A stretch of 64,000 nucleotides of DNA, taken from assembly GCA_016176845.1 (NCBI GenBank), contig JACOWJ010000025.1, forward strand, positions 5,364 through 69,363. The letters are read 5' to 3'. Source of the stretch: Nitrospinota bacterium (GTDB lineage: Bacteria > 2-12-FULL-45-22 > JACOWJ01). Every line of letters begins with the position of its first letter. The stretch's first letter is position 1. A program made the position numbers and the translations under genes. Shown here one piece after another: positions 37,360 through 47,416 of this stretch. The notes under the pieces were generated by a model, which searched no databases, was not told the DNA's origin, and saw only the letters and a list, made by a program, of their open reading frames with translations.

Positions 37360-40245
37360 TTGCGCGGCCTCAAGCACATGAAGGTAAGATTGGAGACTTC
37401 TCACAGGACAGCGACCAGGACCGGATTGAAAGCCCTGGCGATCTTTGTGGGCCTTTTGGCCATCTATTTGGTCCCGATGATCCATAGAGACCGGGCAGCG
37501 GCTTCAGCCCGCGTAGAGCCCTTGGTGAAGAGGATATCGGGAGAAGGGGGAATAGAGATCTTAAAATATCAGCTAACAAACGGCCTAACAGTAATCCTGC
37601 AGGAAAATCATGCCACCCCCGTGGTCGCCCTTAACATGTGGGTTAAGGCAGGCAGTGCTAATGAGACCGACAAGGAGGCGGGGATCTCCCACGTCTTCGA
37701 GCACATGCTCTTCAAAGGCACGAAGAAGAGGCCGGTAGGGATGATCGCCAAAGAGGTAGAGTCTGCCGGAGGCATCATCAATGCCTTCACCTCTTTTGAT
37801 CACACGGTCTACTACCTGATCCTGGCCAGTCGCTTCTTTGATACCGGGCTGGATATCCTGGCGGACGCCATCCAGAGCTCCTCGTTTGATCCAGGAGAGT
37901 TGGAGAAGGAGAAGGAGGTAGTCCTGGAGGAGTGGAGGCGCTCTCAGGACATCCCTTCCAGCTTCCTCAGCGATCGGCTCTTTTCCACCAGCTACCAACG
38001 GCATCCTTATGGCCGGCCGGTGATCGGGTACAAAGATACCATCGTCAGTCTCACCCGAGAGCAGATGCTCAACTACTTCCGGAAGTGGTACATCCCCAAC
38101 AACATGGCCCTGGTGATCGTGGGGGATTTCAATGCCCGGGAGATTATGCCAAAGGTCGAGCAGGCCTTCCAGGGTTTCGATCGAAAGTCGGATCCCCACC
38201 AAAAGAGGGTCGTCGAGCCTCCACAGGAGGAGCTCAAGAGCATTATCCTCAACAAGAACATCAGCCAGACTTATATGAGCCTGGCCTTTCACATCCCCGA
38301 CATCAAGAACATCGATACCTATCCCCTGGACGTCCTCTCTCTGATCCTGGGACAGGGCGAGAGCTCTCGCCTTTACCACCGGGTCAAGACGGAGAGACAA
38401 TCGGTCCACACCGTTTACGCAGCTGCTTATACGCCCAAGGACCCGGGTCTCTTGATCATCGGGGCCATTATGGAAGCCAAGAAGGTGGGCCGGGCCCTGG
38501 AGGATATCCTGCGGGAAGTCTACCGCCTAAGGACCGAGGAGGTCAGCCCCCAGGAGCTGGAGAAGGCCAAGGTGAACCTGGAGAGCGATTTCGTCTATCA
38601 ACGGGAAACCGTCCAGGGCCAGGCCCGAGCCTTGGGCTACTTTGAAACAACCACGGGGGATGTGGGGTATCAGCAGGAATACCTGAAGCAGATCGCCAAG
38701 GTGACGCCTGCGGACATCCAAAGAGTGGCCAATCTCTACTTGAAGCACTCCAACCTGACGGCAGGCTTGCTGTTACCTCAGGATAGCCCTTCTGTGATCG
38801 ATTCCGTCGAGATTAAGCGGATCGCCGAGAGGACCTCCGCGGAGATGGAGACCGTCAGGGCACAGCCCCAAACCCTTCCAGAGGCCTTGGCTCAGCCCAA
38901 GGAGGTGAAAAAGGTCGTCCTGGAGAACGGGATCACCCTCTTGATCAAAGAGAGCCATGCCATCCCCATAACGGCCATGACGGCGGTCTTTCTGGGGGGG
39001 ATCCGCTTCGAGACCCGGGAAAACAACGGCATCAGCAACTTCATGGCCTCCATGCTCACCAAGGGGACCCACGCCCGCACTGCCCTGGAGCTCGCTATCG
39101 AGGTGGAATCGATGGCTGGGAGCATCGACGGTTTCTCTGGCATGAACAGCTTCGGGGTAACGGGCAAGTTCCTCCAGAGCTATTTTGTCAAAGGCTTGGA
39201 GCTGATGGCGGATATCTTGACCAACCCCTCTTTCGACGAGTCGGAATTGGAGAAGAAGAGGACGGACATTTTGGCGGCCATCAAACGACAGGACGATGAT
39301 CTGACCAGCTGCGTCTCCAACCTCTTCTCGAGCACCCTCTACGGCCAGCATCCGTATGGCATGACCATCCTGGGCACCGAGGAGAGCACAAAGAAGCTGA
39401 CCCGCCAAGACTTGCTGGAGTTCTATCGCCGCTATACAGTCGCTGAAAACCTCGTCCTGGCAATTGTGGGGGACGTCAATGCGGGAGAGGTCATTGACAA
39501 GGTCAAGAGGGTCTTCCGCTCATTCCCCCGGGTCCCCTTGAAGACCCCGGAAATCCCCCGTGTGCTTCCTCCCTCGGAGACCCGGGTCAAAGAGGCCAAC
39601 AAGGAGAAGAACCAGGCCCACTTGATCTTCGGGTTCTTGGGCACCACATTGGACGACAGCGATCGCTACCCTCTGGAGATCCTCAATGCCATCCTCTCGG
39701 GTCAAGGGGGAAGGCTCTTCTTGGAGCTGCGGGACCGCCAAAGCCTGGCCTATTCCGTCTCCTCTTTCTCCCGGGAGGGCCTCGAGCCAGGGTCCATTGG
39801 GGTCTATATCGGGACAAGCCCCGACAAGGTGGAGAAGGCCCTGGCCGGGATCCAGGAGGAGCTGAGGAAGGTCATTACCGAGCCGGTCAGTGCGGAAGAG
39901 CTGGAACGGGCCAAGAAGTACCTGGTAGGAACTTACGAGATCGGTCTCCAGAGCGGCGCCTCTCAGGCCTCGGACATCGCCTTCAACGAGCGCTACGGCT
40001 TGAGCCATGATTTTTACCGACGTTATCCTCAGAAGCTCTTTGGGGTGACGGCAGAGGACGTGCTGCGGGTGGCCCGCAAATATATCCAGCTAAGCAAGTA
40101 CACCATGGCCATAGTTCGCCCTAAACTTGAAAGAGAGAGACCCGAAGCTGAAACGGAGGAGCTCTTGGAGGAGGAGGCTCAACCGGTAGGAAGCGTTGAG
40201 CTCTTGAAGCCGGATGAAGGGAGCGCCGATGGAGTCCCCCGTTGA
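37360..40245 (+). CDS. M16 (pitrilysin) family zinc protease, two-module
   Basis: HVFEHMLFKGT HxxEH motif, NAFTS; inactive second M16 module. Confidence 0.93.
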   Translation: MRGLKHMKVRLETSHRTATRTGLKALAIFVGLLAIYLVPMIHRDRAAASARVEPLVKRISGEGGIEILKYQLTNGLTVILQENHATPVVALNMWVKAGSANETDKEAGISHVFEHMLFKGTKKRPVGMIAKEVESAGGIINAFTSFDHTVYYLILASRFFDTGLDILADAIQSSSFDPGELEKEKEVVLEEWRRSQDIPSSFLSDRLFSTSYQRHPYGRPVIGYKDTIVSLTREQMLNYFRKWYIPNNMALVIVGDFNAREIMPKVEQAFQGFDRKSDPHQKRVVEPPQEELKSIILNKNISQTYMSLAFHIPDIKNIDTYPLDVLSLILGQGESSRLYHRVKTERQSVHTVYAAAYTPKDPGLLIIGAIMEAKKVGRALEDILREVYRLRTEEVSPQELEKAKVNLESDFVYQRETVQGQARALGYFETTTGDVGYQQEYLKQIAKVTPADIQRVANLYLKHSNLTAGLLLPQDSPSVIDSVEIKRIAERTSAEMETVRAQPQTLPEALAQPKEVKKVVLENGITLLIKESHAIPITAMTAVFLGGIRFETRENNGISNFMASMLTKGTHARTALELAIEVESMAGSIDGFSGMNSFGVTGKFLQSYFVKGLELMADILTNPSFDESELEKKRTDILAAIKRQDDDLTSCVSNLFSSTLYGQHPYGMTILGTEESTKKLTRQDLLEFYRRYTVAENLVLAIVGDVNAGEVIDKVKRVFRSFPRVPLKTPEIPRVLPPSETRVKEANKEKNQAHLIFGFLGTTLDDSDRYPLEILNAILSGQGGRLFLELRDRQSLAYSVSSFSREGLEPGSIGVYIGTSPDKVEKALAGIQEELRKVITEPVSAEELERAKKYLVGTYEIGLQSGASQASDIAFNERYGLSHDFYRRYPQKLFGVTAEDVLRVARKYIQLSKYTMAIVRPKLERERPEAETEELLEEEAQPVGSVELLKPDEGSADGVPR

Positions 40246-40413
40246 AGGAATCATGATCCATGGCCCGTCTATTACAATTGCTGGGTCTTTCCGAGGTCAC
40301 TCTGGCCCTCATCCTCGGCCTCAATCCCCGCACTTCGATGGGGACTTATATGACCATGGCGGCCGTCGGCGCTGTCCTTTTTTATTTAGGACGCTGGTTG
40401 GAGAGGTAATCAT

Positions 40414-40478
40414 TAGCTCGTAGCTCATGGCCCATAGCTGATAGCTGCTATGAGCCATGAGCTACGAGCTATGGGCTG
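40414..40478. repeat. Heptamer hairpin, TAGCTCA type, overlapping the PHP gene stop
   Basis: TAGCTCGTAGCTCATGG...CCATGAGCTACGAGCTA. Confidence 0.8.
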
Positions 40479-41022
40479 ATTTGGAGGGCGGCCTTTTCCC
40501 GTTGGCTTTTGAATACAGCTCGGCCAGGGAGACCTCGTTGAAAAAGAGGCCGAGGTCCTCCAGATAGTGGGCATCGCTGTTGTGAAGCAAAATCAGCTCC
40601 TCTCTGCCGGCTACCTCTCCTACCAGTTCCTTGTCGATGTGGTAGTTGTGCATCTCGTTATCGATTTCGATTCCGTGGATCCCCGTGTAATCCTTGATCG
40701 AAAACTTTAAGTAGGGGTGAGCAACGAAACGAAAAGTGACCTCTTCCTCCAGATAAAGCTCCACCACGGATCCATATTCCCGGGTCACAATCTCCTGCCC
40801 GGGAAGGAGGATGATCTCGTCCTGGAACTCCTTCCGCAGGATATCCTGGGCCAGGAAGCCATAATCCTTGTTCCAATGTTCGGTAATGCCCAGGCCATCC
40901 AAGCCTTTTGCCTTGACCGCTTCTACAATCTGCCCGACAGCGGCTGCCGTCGGCCGGGTCCGCAGGGCCTCGAAACAATGGGTATGAAGATCCAGCTTGA
41001 GCTTTTTATTCAATTCTCGCAT
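40462..41022 (-). CDS. PHP domain protein
   Basis: DLHTHC, GITEH, AHPY, NSDAH. Confidence 0.85.
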   Translation of the reverse strand: MRELNKKLKLDLHTHCFEALRTRPTAAAVGQIVEAVKAKGLDGLGITEHWNKDYGFLAQDILRKEFQDEIILLPGQEIVTREYGSVVELYLEEEVTFRFVAHPYLKFSIKDYTGIHGIEIDNEMHNYHIDKELVGEVAGREELILLHNSDAHYLEDLGLFFNEVSLAELYSKANGKRPPSKSAHSS

Positions 41023-41202
41023 TTTTGCTTTTCGCTCCCAATTGCCTGTCGTAATCGCCTCGACGCGAGAGTTATCCCATCGGCGTCCCGGAAGGCTTCT
41101 CTCGGCGCGATTCTCCCCTCTGGTAAAAATAATGTCGATTATAGCAGAAATCGTGAGCTTTCGTAGAGCCAAAATGGTTGTCGTGAGCCGGGAAATTCTC
41201 CC

Positions 41203-41231
41203 TTGACGCCGCTCTTCACCCTCCGTATAAT
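41203..41231 (+). promoter_or_regulatory. sigma70 promoter
   Basis: TTGACG-17 nt-TATAAT. Confidence 0.8.
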
Positions 41232-41302
41232 CGGCTCTAAGGTGACTTGGGCATTTTGCACGGCTGGGGGCTCTTGGGTCTCACAAATAGGAAGGGAGAA
41301 AA

Positions 41303-41614
41303 ATGCGCCGTATATCCGCCGCGATCGTGATTTTCGCTTTGGCCCTGTCCGGAAGTCCCGGGGCCTGGGCCGACGAGTATGATGTGGAGCAGGCTGGTAA
41401 CCCTTGGAGGCTGATGGCTTACCTGATCCATCCCGTGGGGGTCGCCCTGGACCGCTGGGTTGCCAGACCCCTGCATCAGTTCATCCACCAACACAAAACG
41501 ATCGACGAGTACACCGGCCACAGCAAATTCACCAGCACCCGGGAATCGGCCCAATCCATGGGGGGGAGGGCGACGCTAAAGCGCGATGCGAGGGAGAGGG
41601 GGGTTTCCAAATAG
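41303..41614 (+). CDS. Small exported hypothetical protein
   Basis: Signal peptide ending AWA; RBS. Confidence 0.7.
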   Translation: MRRISAAIVIFALALSGSPGAWADEYDVEQAGNPWRLMAYLIHPVGVALDRWVARPLHQFIHQHKTIDEYTGHSKFTSTRESAQSMGGRATLKRDARERGVSK

Positions 41615-41641
41615 GCGGTTCGTTTGGGAGTGAAAAAAGAG

Positions 41642-42307
41642 ATGATCGTTGATATCCATGTTCACACGAAGATGGGCTCTTCCGACAGCCTGATCGAAGC
41701 GGAAGAGCTCGCTGGATGGGCTGCACAAAAAGGGTTGGGCGGGGTTTGCATCACCGAGCATGACTGCCGGTACGCTCAAGAGGTGGCCCAATTAGCCCGA
41801 GGGGATGGGGTCCTTTGGATTAGCGGCATCGAAGTGAGGACCAATTTGGGAGACATCCTGGCCTTTGGGTTGGATGGCTATCGGACCGAATGGGCGGATG
41901 CCGAGGAGCTGAAAAGGGCCGCAGAGAAGGTGGGGGCCCTTCTGGTGGCCGCCCATCCCTTTCGGCGTGACTTCTCTCCGGTGGGCTATGGAGGCTCCCT
42001 CTTCTTCAAACCCACCATTACCCTGGGGGAAGCCTGCCGCCGCCCCATCTTCCAATTGGTGGATGGCATGGAGGTCATGAACGGCGGCTCCACCGAGGAC
42101 GAAGTGGAGTTCTGCTTTCGAGTAAGCGAGCGGCTGGGGTTGTTGGGCCTGGCTGGAAGCGATGCCCATTCGCTCAAGACGGTGGGCAGTTGCGTGACCA
42201 TCTTCGAGCGACCTTTGAAGGACGAAGGAGATTTCCTGGAGGAGCTTCAGGGCGGACGCTTCCATGTAGAGGATCGCCGGAGCCAAATCTTCGGGACGCG
42301 GGGGTAA
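41642..42307 (+). CDS. PHP domain protein
   Basis: DIHVHT, ITEHD, AHPFR, GSDAH. Confidence 0.88.
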   Translation: MIVDIHVHTKMGSSDSLIEAEELAGWAAQKGLGGVCITEHDCRYAQEVAQLARGDGVLWISGIEVRTNLGDILAFGLDGYRTEWADAEELKRAAEKVGALLVAAHPFRRDFSPVGYGGSLFFKPTITLGEACRRPIFQLVDGMEVMNGGSTEDEVEFCFRVSERLGLLGLAGSDAHSLKTVGSCVTIFERPLKDEGDFLEELQGGRFHVEDRRSQIFGTRG

Positions 42308-42323
42308 GGGAGCGAACCCAAGA

Positions 42324-42436
42324 AAGGTAAGTTTTAGGTGTTAAGTTTTAGGTTTCTTGCTTAACACTTAAAACCTGAAACCTAAAACTTTCCCGTAAAT
42401 CCTGTCCAAAAAGAAAATTCCTATGCGATTGAATTA
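42324..42436 (+). repeat. Heptamer-hairpin cassette, TTTTAGG type, with tail
   Basis: Near-identical to the 10203 and 63645 copies; terminal TTA is the stop of the TPR gene. Confidence 0.85.
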
Positions 42437-44938
42437 TTCCCGGTAAAGGTAGGCCTTATCCGGAGGAAGGTCTTGGTGACGGATGGTCGGGTCGAGCGTT
42501 ACCCCCTGGGGGCGGATATTGAGCCTGAAGTTTAAGGGGAGGATCTTGTCCAAGAGGGGCAAGGGCAGTTGGAGGCCCACATGAGGACTGTGACTATCCG
42601 CCCCCAGGGCGATTCCGGCTTTCTCCTTGAAGAGAAGCTTTCCCTCCAGGTTCACGTCTTTGGCCGATAGGTCTCCCCCGAATTCGTAGAAAAACTTGTC
42701 CCCTTGGCGATTGGGCTCTCCCTCCCGGGTGAGGGCCGTCCGGTACTTTTGTTGCAACAGCAGGATCTGTAGCCGCCGGAAGATGTCCTTGTCCACCGGA
42801 TAAAACTTCTCTTGAGGGCCTGTTTCGGCCTGATAGCAGATCTTCAAGAGGTCTTCGGCAATAAAGGTAATCCCCTGGTCGGCGATCTCCCGGTTCCGCA
42901 AGTCCTCATCCAACAGCTCCGGTTTGATGTTAATCCCGTTAGCCCCGTAAAAATCGGGGTTGCGCTTCAGCTCCTCCTTGGAGATCCGCAACAGCCCCTC
43001 CTCTTCTCGAAGGATCTTGACCAGCTCCGGCGTAGCCTTCCGGGCAGCCTGAGTTTCGGGATAGCTCTTCATGATCTCTTCCAGGTAAAGCCTCTTCTCT
43101 GCCTTCCCTTCCGCCTTCTCCCCGGCATATTCCAGGAGATTTCCGGCCAACTTCTCTCGGTTCTTGGCCTTCTCCTCCTCGGTGAGCTCCTTGCCGGCCA
43201 GTTTGTCATGTTCCATCGCTTTTTCCAGGTTGCCCTCCTTCCGGTAAGCCTGGGCGAGGGTCCGGTGGATCTCCTCCGAAGAGGCCAGGCCGGGGAAGCG
43301 GTTCAGGTAAGCCTCCCCGATCTCGATGGTCTTCCGAGGAGAGGAGGAGCCCTGGAGCAGGGTGGTCAGGGTCCGATACCCGATGGCCATCACGTTGAAG
43401 ATTCCCATCGTCTCTAAGGCATTGGCCCCTTCCATCGCCAGCTCGGAAGTGCCTAAAGCTGCGTTGTCCTTGGCGAAATGCTCTCCCAAAAGGACATAAC
43501 GCAGCCTCTCCCGCCTTTGCTCTCTCTCGACCTGCTTTACTTCTTCCTTCCAATCGTAAGGGGGCTGGGAGAGAACCAGCTGGGCCCGAAAGCTCATATT
43601 GGAATTCGACCCCTGGCGGGCCAACCTCCCCAGGAGGGAGCGGGAATGGTCGTACTCCTTCTGCTGATCATAGGCCTTGGCCATCAGGTAGCTTGCTTCA
43701 TCGGCCAAGGGACCGTCGGGATAGCGGCCCCGGAGCTCCTCCTCTTGCTGGAAGACCCCCCGGGCATCTTTCGAGTAAAAGGCGTAGAGGAGATCCTCAT
43801 AACCCTCCTTCAGACCTGGCTCTCGGGTGGAAGGGTCTGTCAGGAGAAGATCGGCGGTCGCCGAGAGGGTCAGCTGCTTTTCTCGTTCTTGTTGGGCCCG
43901 ATTCCCTTGAGCCGCGGTCAGTTGGCGGGATGCGTCCCGGGAGTTGGGTTGGATCTTCAAGGCCTCCTGAAAGGCCTCCACCGCCCCCCGGTAATCCCCT
44001 TCCTTCAGGGAGCTCTTTCCCGCCTCCAAGAACAGCCGAGAATCATGCTCCGCTTTCTTCGCCAGGATCCGAGCCGCCTTCTCTTCCGCGCTCCGACTCT
44101 GGCGGCTATCGGGGTAACGGCTTACGAAGGCCTGGTAATCCACCAAGGCCATCTTCTCTCGGTCGGTCAGCTGGTTTTGGCGCTTATAGGAAAGGATGGA
44201 GTAAACCACCGTATCGATCACGGCCGGGATGAAGAAGCCGAAGCTCCAGGCGGCCATATTTAAGGGACGGAGGAAGCTGTTGGCGATATTGCCTGTCTTG
44301 TTGGTCTTGTCCCCCTTGAGCAACCCCTGGGCCCGGTTGAACTCGTCGTTTTTGATGCGGTAGCGGACCCGGGCCTCCAGCTCGGGTTCCAGGTAAGGGG
44401 CCTTCAGGGAGGCCTCCAGGGCCCTCTGGTGAGCATCGCGCCCCTCTAGCATCCCATTGGCCAGATCCAGGAGGTTATCCGATAGCCCGGTGATCGGTTT
44501 TCCCGCCTTCTCCAGCTCCTGATCCTGAGCCAGGAGGGAGCGATACCGGGCCAGGATGGCCTCTCGGTCTTCCAGGTAGCCCTCGATCAGGGCCTCCTCG
44601 ACCGCCTTCTCCACCGCATCCGGGAAATAGAGGGGGCTGGAGCGCTCCTTCTCGAAGGGGGAGAAGGTCTCTCCCGAACCGCCAAGGGGCTTTCCTCTCG
44701 GATCGAGGGGGAAATCCTGAGAGGAAGCCGGGGGGTGGGGCAAGGCTGGAGGCTCTTGGGTGGGGCTTCCGGCCGCCACCCCCCAAAGGGCAAAGAGCAA
44801 AAAACCGAAAAAGGGAACGATGGCGCGCTTCGCGCGAATTGAAAATTGAAAATTGAAAATTGAAAATTTTAAAAGGAAAAAATTCAATGACGCCCCTCCA
44901 GCCAGCCCGGGCAATCCCGGATAGCATCCAGAGTCCAC
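42434..44938 (-). CDS. Large exported TPR-repeat protein (paralogue of 27809-30688; start uncertain)
   Basis: Shared GINIKPELLDED..N motif and overall layout; N-terminus runs through a heptamer repeat. Confidence 0.75.
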   Translation of the reverse strand: MDSGCYPGLPGLAGGASLNFFLLKFSIFNFQFSIRAKRAIVPFFGFLLFALWGVAAGSPTQEPPALPHPPASSQDFPLDPRGKPLGGSGETFSPFEKERSSPLYFPDAVEKAVEEALIEGYLEDREAILARYRSLLAQDQELEKAGKPITGLSDNLLDLANGMLEGRDAHQRALEASLKAPYLEPELEARVRYRIKNDEFNRAQGLLKGDKTNKTGNIANSFLRPLNMAAWSFGFFIPAVIDTVVYSILSYKRQNQLTDREKMALVDYQAFVSRYPDSRQSRSAEEKAARILAKKAEHDSRLFLEAGKSSLKEGDYRGAVEAFQEALKIQPNSRDASRQLTAAQGNRAQQEREKQLTLSATADLLLTDPSTREPGLKEGYEDLLYAFYSKDARGVFQQEEELRGRYPDGPLADEASYLMAKAYDQQKEYDHSRSLLGRLARQGSNSNMSFRAQLVLSQPPYDWKEEVKQVEREQRRERLRYVLLGEHFAKDNAALGTSELAMEGANALETMGIFNVMAIGYRTLTTLLQGSSSPRKTIEIGEAYLNRFPGLASSEEIHRTLAQAYRKEGNLEKAMEHDKLAGKELTEEEKAKNREKLAGNLLEYAGEKAEGKAEKRLYLEEIMKSYPETQAARKATPELVKILREEEGLLRISKEELKRNPDFYGANGINIKPELLDEDLRNREIADQGITFIAEDLLKICYQAETGPQEKFYPVDKDIFRRLQILLLQQKYRTALTREGEPNRQGDKFFYEFGGDLSAKDVNLEGKLLFKEKAGIALGADSHSPHVGLQLPLPLLDKILPLNFRLNIRPQGVTLDPTIRHQDLPPDKAYLYRE

Positions 44939-45150
44939 AGGGTTAGTTTTGGGCTATTGCAAAATATTCGTGTCAACTTAAAGTTTAGCCCTGGGAGCGC
45001 GGCCATCCTGGCCGCTCTTTGCCGGCGGGGACGCCGGCGTTCCCATAGGTTAGATTGACACGAATGATTGCAAAAAGTCAATTTCCCATTTCCGGTTTGC
45101 ATTTTGCATTTTTCATTTTGCATTTTCCATTTGGGCTCGCGAAGCGAGCC
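44826..45150. repeat. Nested repeat: (AATTGAA)n / (CATTTTG)n arms enclosing a MITE
   Basis: Arms at about 44838-44866 and 45090-45130, with palindromic caps. Confidence 0.7.
44965..45066 (-). mobile_element. CAT-ended MITE with REP-like core (copy 2)
   Basis: ATTCGTGTCAA/TTGACACGAAT TIRs; 9-bp direct repeat ATTGCAAAA on both sides. Confidence 0.8.
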
Positions 45151-46122
45151 CTAGTTGGCCTGCCCCACTGTCTTATCGACAAAGGCCCGCAGGGCCTCAA
45201 GCTTCCCCTTGGCCTCCAGCCTCTCCGGCTTGCCGTAGCGGGCCCTGGCGAGGGTCGCGTAAATCTGCAGGGCCGAATTGGCGTACTGGTTAAAGATATG
45301 TGCATCGAACCCTGCCCCCGTAGGATCATGCTCCTGGACGTACTCCTTGGCCAGCGAGAAATAGAAGTCCGCCAACCCCAACAGGTGCTCGTCGATCTTC
45401 TTGCTTTGGGCATGCTTATTGATGATCTCTTGATGGGCAAGGAGGATCATGGCGTCTCCATCCTGGAGAGAGCGGCGGTGATCCTCCAGGAAAAGGACCC
45501 GTTCCTGATCCACCCGCTCCTCCTCTTCCCGGGCCAGGGATTCATAGGGGGTGCCGCTGTACTTCTCAACCAGATCGCGCCAACGGGTCCGTTTCTTCTC
45601 GATCTCGGTCAGATGATCTTGGAGGGAGTGTTTCTCCAGAGAAAAGCTCCGAGCCTCCTGAAACTCCTGGCAGGTTTTCAACCCCTTTTCCGCCTGTTCC
45701 TTCAGCTTGGAATCCACCTGCGTCAGGGGCCGATAGTTCCGCATGGCGCCCCCGTAATCGCGCAGCCTCTCCAGGGCCTTGGCCCGGCTAAAAAAAACGA
45801 TGGGCTTCAAGCTGTTGGGATTGGCCTTTTCGTAACTCTCCAACCTCAGGAGAGTGGCCCGGTAGATATTCTTGCCGGTGATGTCTTGGGGCGGCTCGTA
45901 GCGGTAAGTATCATCGGACAGATGGTGCTGAAAGTCGGCAAGGATATCCAGCAGGTTCTCCGCCGGCTGGTAGCGCGGGTCCTTCCGGGGCAGCGACGAG
46001 GCACAGCCCGGAGCAAGGGCCCACAAAATCACCCAGAGCAGGGCTAATGCGCAAATTTCCCGGAAGGCCTCTCCTGCTCGAGGGGGACAAGGAGGGGGAA
46101 GAGGGTTCCCGATGGGCGCCAA
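45151..46122 (-). CDS. TPR lipoprotein (paralogue of 30692-31651)
   Basis: LAPGC lipobox; YQPAENLLDILADFQHHLSDDTYRY. Confidence 0.8.
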   Translation of the reverse strand: MAPIGNPLPPPCPPRAGEAFREICALALLWVILWALAPGCASSLPRKDPRYQPAENLLDILADFQHHLSDDTYRYEPPQDITGKNIYRATLLRLESYEKANPNSLKPIVFFSRAKALERLRDYGGAMRNYRPLTQVDSKLKEQAEKGLKTCQEFQEARSFSLEKHSLQDHLTEIEKKRTRWRDLVEKYSGTPYESLAREEEERVDQERVLFLEDHRRSLQDGDAMILLAHQEIINKHAQSKKIDEHLLGLADFYFSLAKEYVQEHDPTGAGFDAHIFNQYANSALQIYATLARARYGKPERLEAKGKLEALRAFVDKTVGQAN

Positions 46123-46200
46123 GAGCCTATCCGAGCTCCTCCCAAAGGCCTTCCTCGACCGAAAAAACAGGTGAGAAAAGAGAATTTTCGGATAGTACAG

Positions 46201-47055
46201 TTAAAACTCCCCCCATTTGAGCTTGGCTCTGAGAATCTGGTAATAGTTCCGGTTGGGAGACCGGATGAGCTTGATCTCGTTGGCCGATTTGCGGATCTCC
46301 ACCACGTCCCGGTACCTCAAGGCAAAGCCCACCTGTCCATCAAAAGTGGCATGGACATCCACGTTCTCCGCCTTCAGGATCACCTCGATCTTGACGTTGT
46401 TGGGAACTACGATGGGTCGATGTGTCAGCGTGTGCGGGCAGATGGGCGTCAGGATCAGGGCCCCCATGGCCGGGTGGACAATGGGACCCCCGGCGGCCAA
46501 CGAATAGGCGGTGGAACCGGTCGGGGTGGATACGATCAGGCCGTCGGATCGGAAGGTGGTCACGAAACACCGGTCGATGAGGACATCGAGCTCGATGATG
46601 CGAGCCAGGGCCCCTTTGTTGATGACCACGTCATTAACCACCGGGTATTGCGTGATTCTTTCTCCCTGGCGGTGGATATGGGTATTGAGAAGGATTCGCT
46701 CATCCAGCTGATAATCGCCGGCCAGCACTTGCTCCAACATGGGATAGAGCTCCTCGAGCGCGACCTCCGTCAAGAAGCCCAACCCCCCCACGTTCACCCC
46801 CAGGATGGGGATATTCCTTCCCTCTACCAGGCGCGCCACGCTCAACAGCGTCCCATCTCCCCCCAGGACGATGATCATCTCCACATGAGAGGGGATGTCG
46901 GACTTCAGGTAACGGGGCTCCTCGCCGATCAGGGCCGCGGTATCCATATCCAGGAAGGTCTCGATCCCCTTGTCCTGCAACCATGCCTCCAGGGGCTGGA
47001 TGACCTCTCCCAGTTCCTTTTTACCCGTCTTCGCGATCAGGCCGACCTTCTGCAA
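46201..47055 (-). CDS. nadK: NAD(+) kinase
   Basis: LGGDGT, GGLGFL, VNDVV, DGLIVSTPTGSTAYSLAAGG. Confidence 0.95.
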   Translation of the reverse strand: MQKVGLIAKTGKKELGEVIQPLEAWLQDKGIETFLDMDTAALIGEEPRYLKSDIPSHVEMIIVLGGDGTLLSVARLVEGRNIPILGVNVGGLGFLTEVALEELYPMLEQVLAGDYQLDERILLNTHIHRQGERITQYPVVNDVVINKGALARIIELDVLIDRCFVTTFRSDGLIVSTPTGSTAYSLAAGGPIVHPAMGALILTPICPHTLTHRPIVVPNNVKIEVILKAENVDVHATFDGQVGFALRYRDVVEIRKSANEIKLIRSPNRNYYQILRAKLKWGEF

Positions 47056-47111
47056 CGAGCTCTGTCTCCCTGGCGTGACAAGCGGAAGCACCGGGAGCCC
47101 TCCCCTTTCCC

Positions 47112-47140
47112 TTGACTCCGGCGATCCTGGGGATTAAAAT
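47112..47140 (+). promoter_or_regulatory. sigma70-type promoter toward selA
   Basis: TTGACT-17 nt-TAAAAT. Confidence 0.55.
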
Positions 47141-47143
47141 TAG

Positions 47144-47229
47144 AAACCGACATCCCCAGGCAAAGTTGACCGCCCCCGGGCATAACAATGGACCTTCGAT
47201 AGACTTTGGCATTTTCACGTTAAAATTAG
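47144..47229 (-). repeat. Family X repeat arm
   Basis: AAACCGACAT..AAGTTGACCGCCCCCGGG..GGCATTTTCACGTTAAAATT. Confidence 0.75.
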
Positions 47230-47270
47230 CTAAATGTTAGCACAATCCATTTTGCGGGACAAGGTTTTAC

Positions 47271-47372
47271 CATTTGTGTCAACTTAACACCCCTGGGAAC
47301 GCGGGCGTCCCGCCCGCAAAGAGCGACCAAGATGGCCGCGCTCCCAGCACCAACCTTAAGTTGATACAAATG
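47271..47372 (+). mobile_element. CAT-ended MITE with REP-like core (copy 3)
   Basis: 16-bp TIR with one mismatch; exact 11-bp target duplication CAAGGTTTTAC (47260-47270, 47373-47383). Confidence 0.88.
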
Positions 47373-47416
47373 CAAGGTTTTACCGTTGAGCACTCATCTC
47401 GCAGGACCCGGCAAAA

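Noticed and set aside
45055-46047. 330-aa plus-strand ORF, and similar long antisense ORFs (6581-7498, 37585-38409, 49802-50728, 53059-54123, 60450-61580)
   Set aside because: Shadows of well-supported opposite-strand genes in GC-rich DNA
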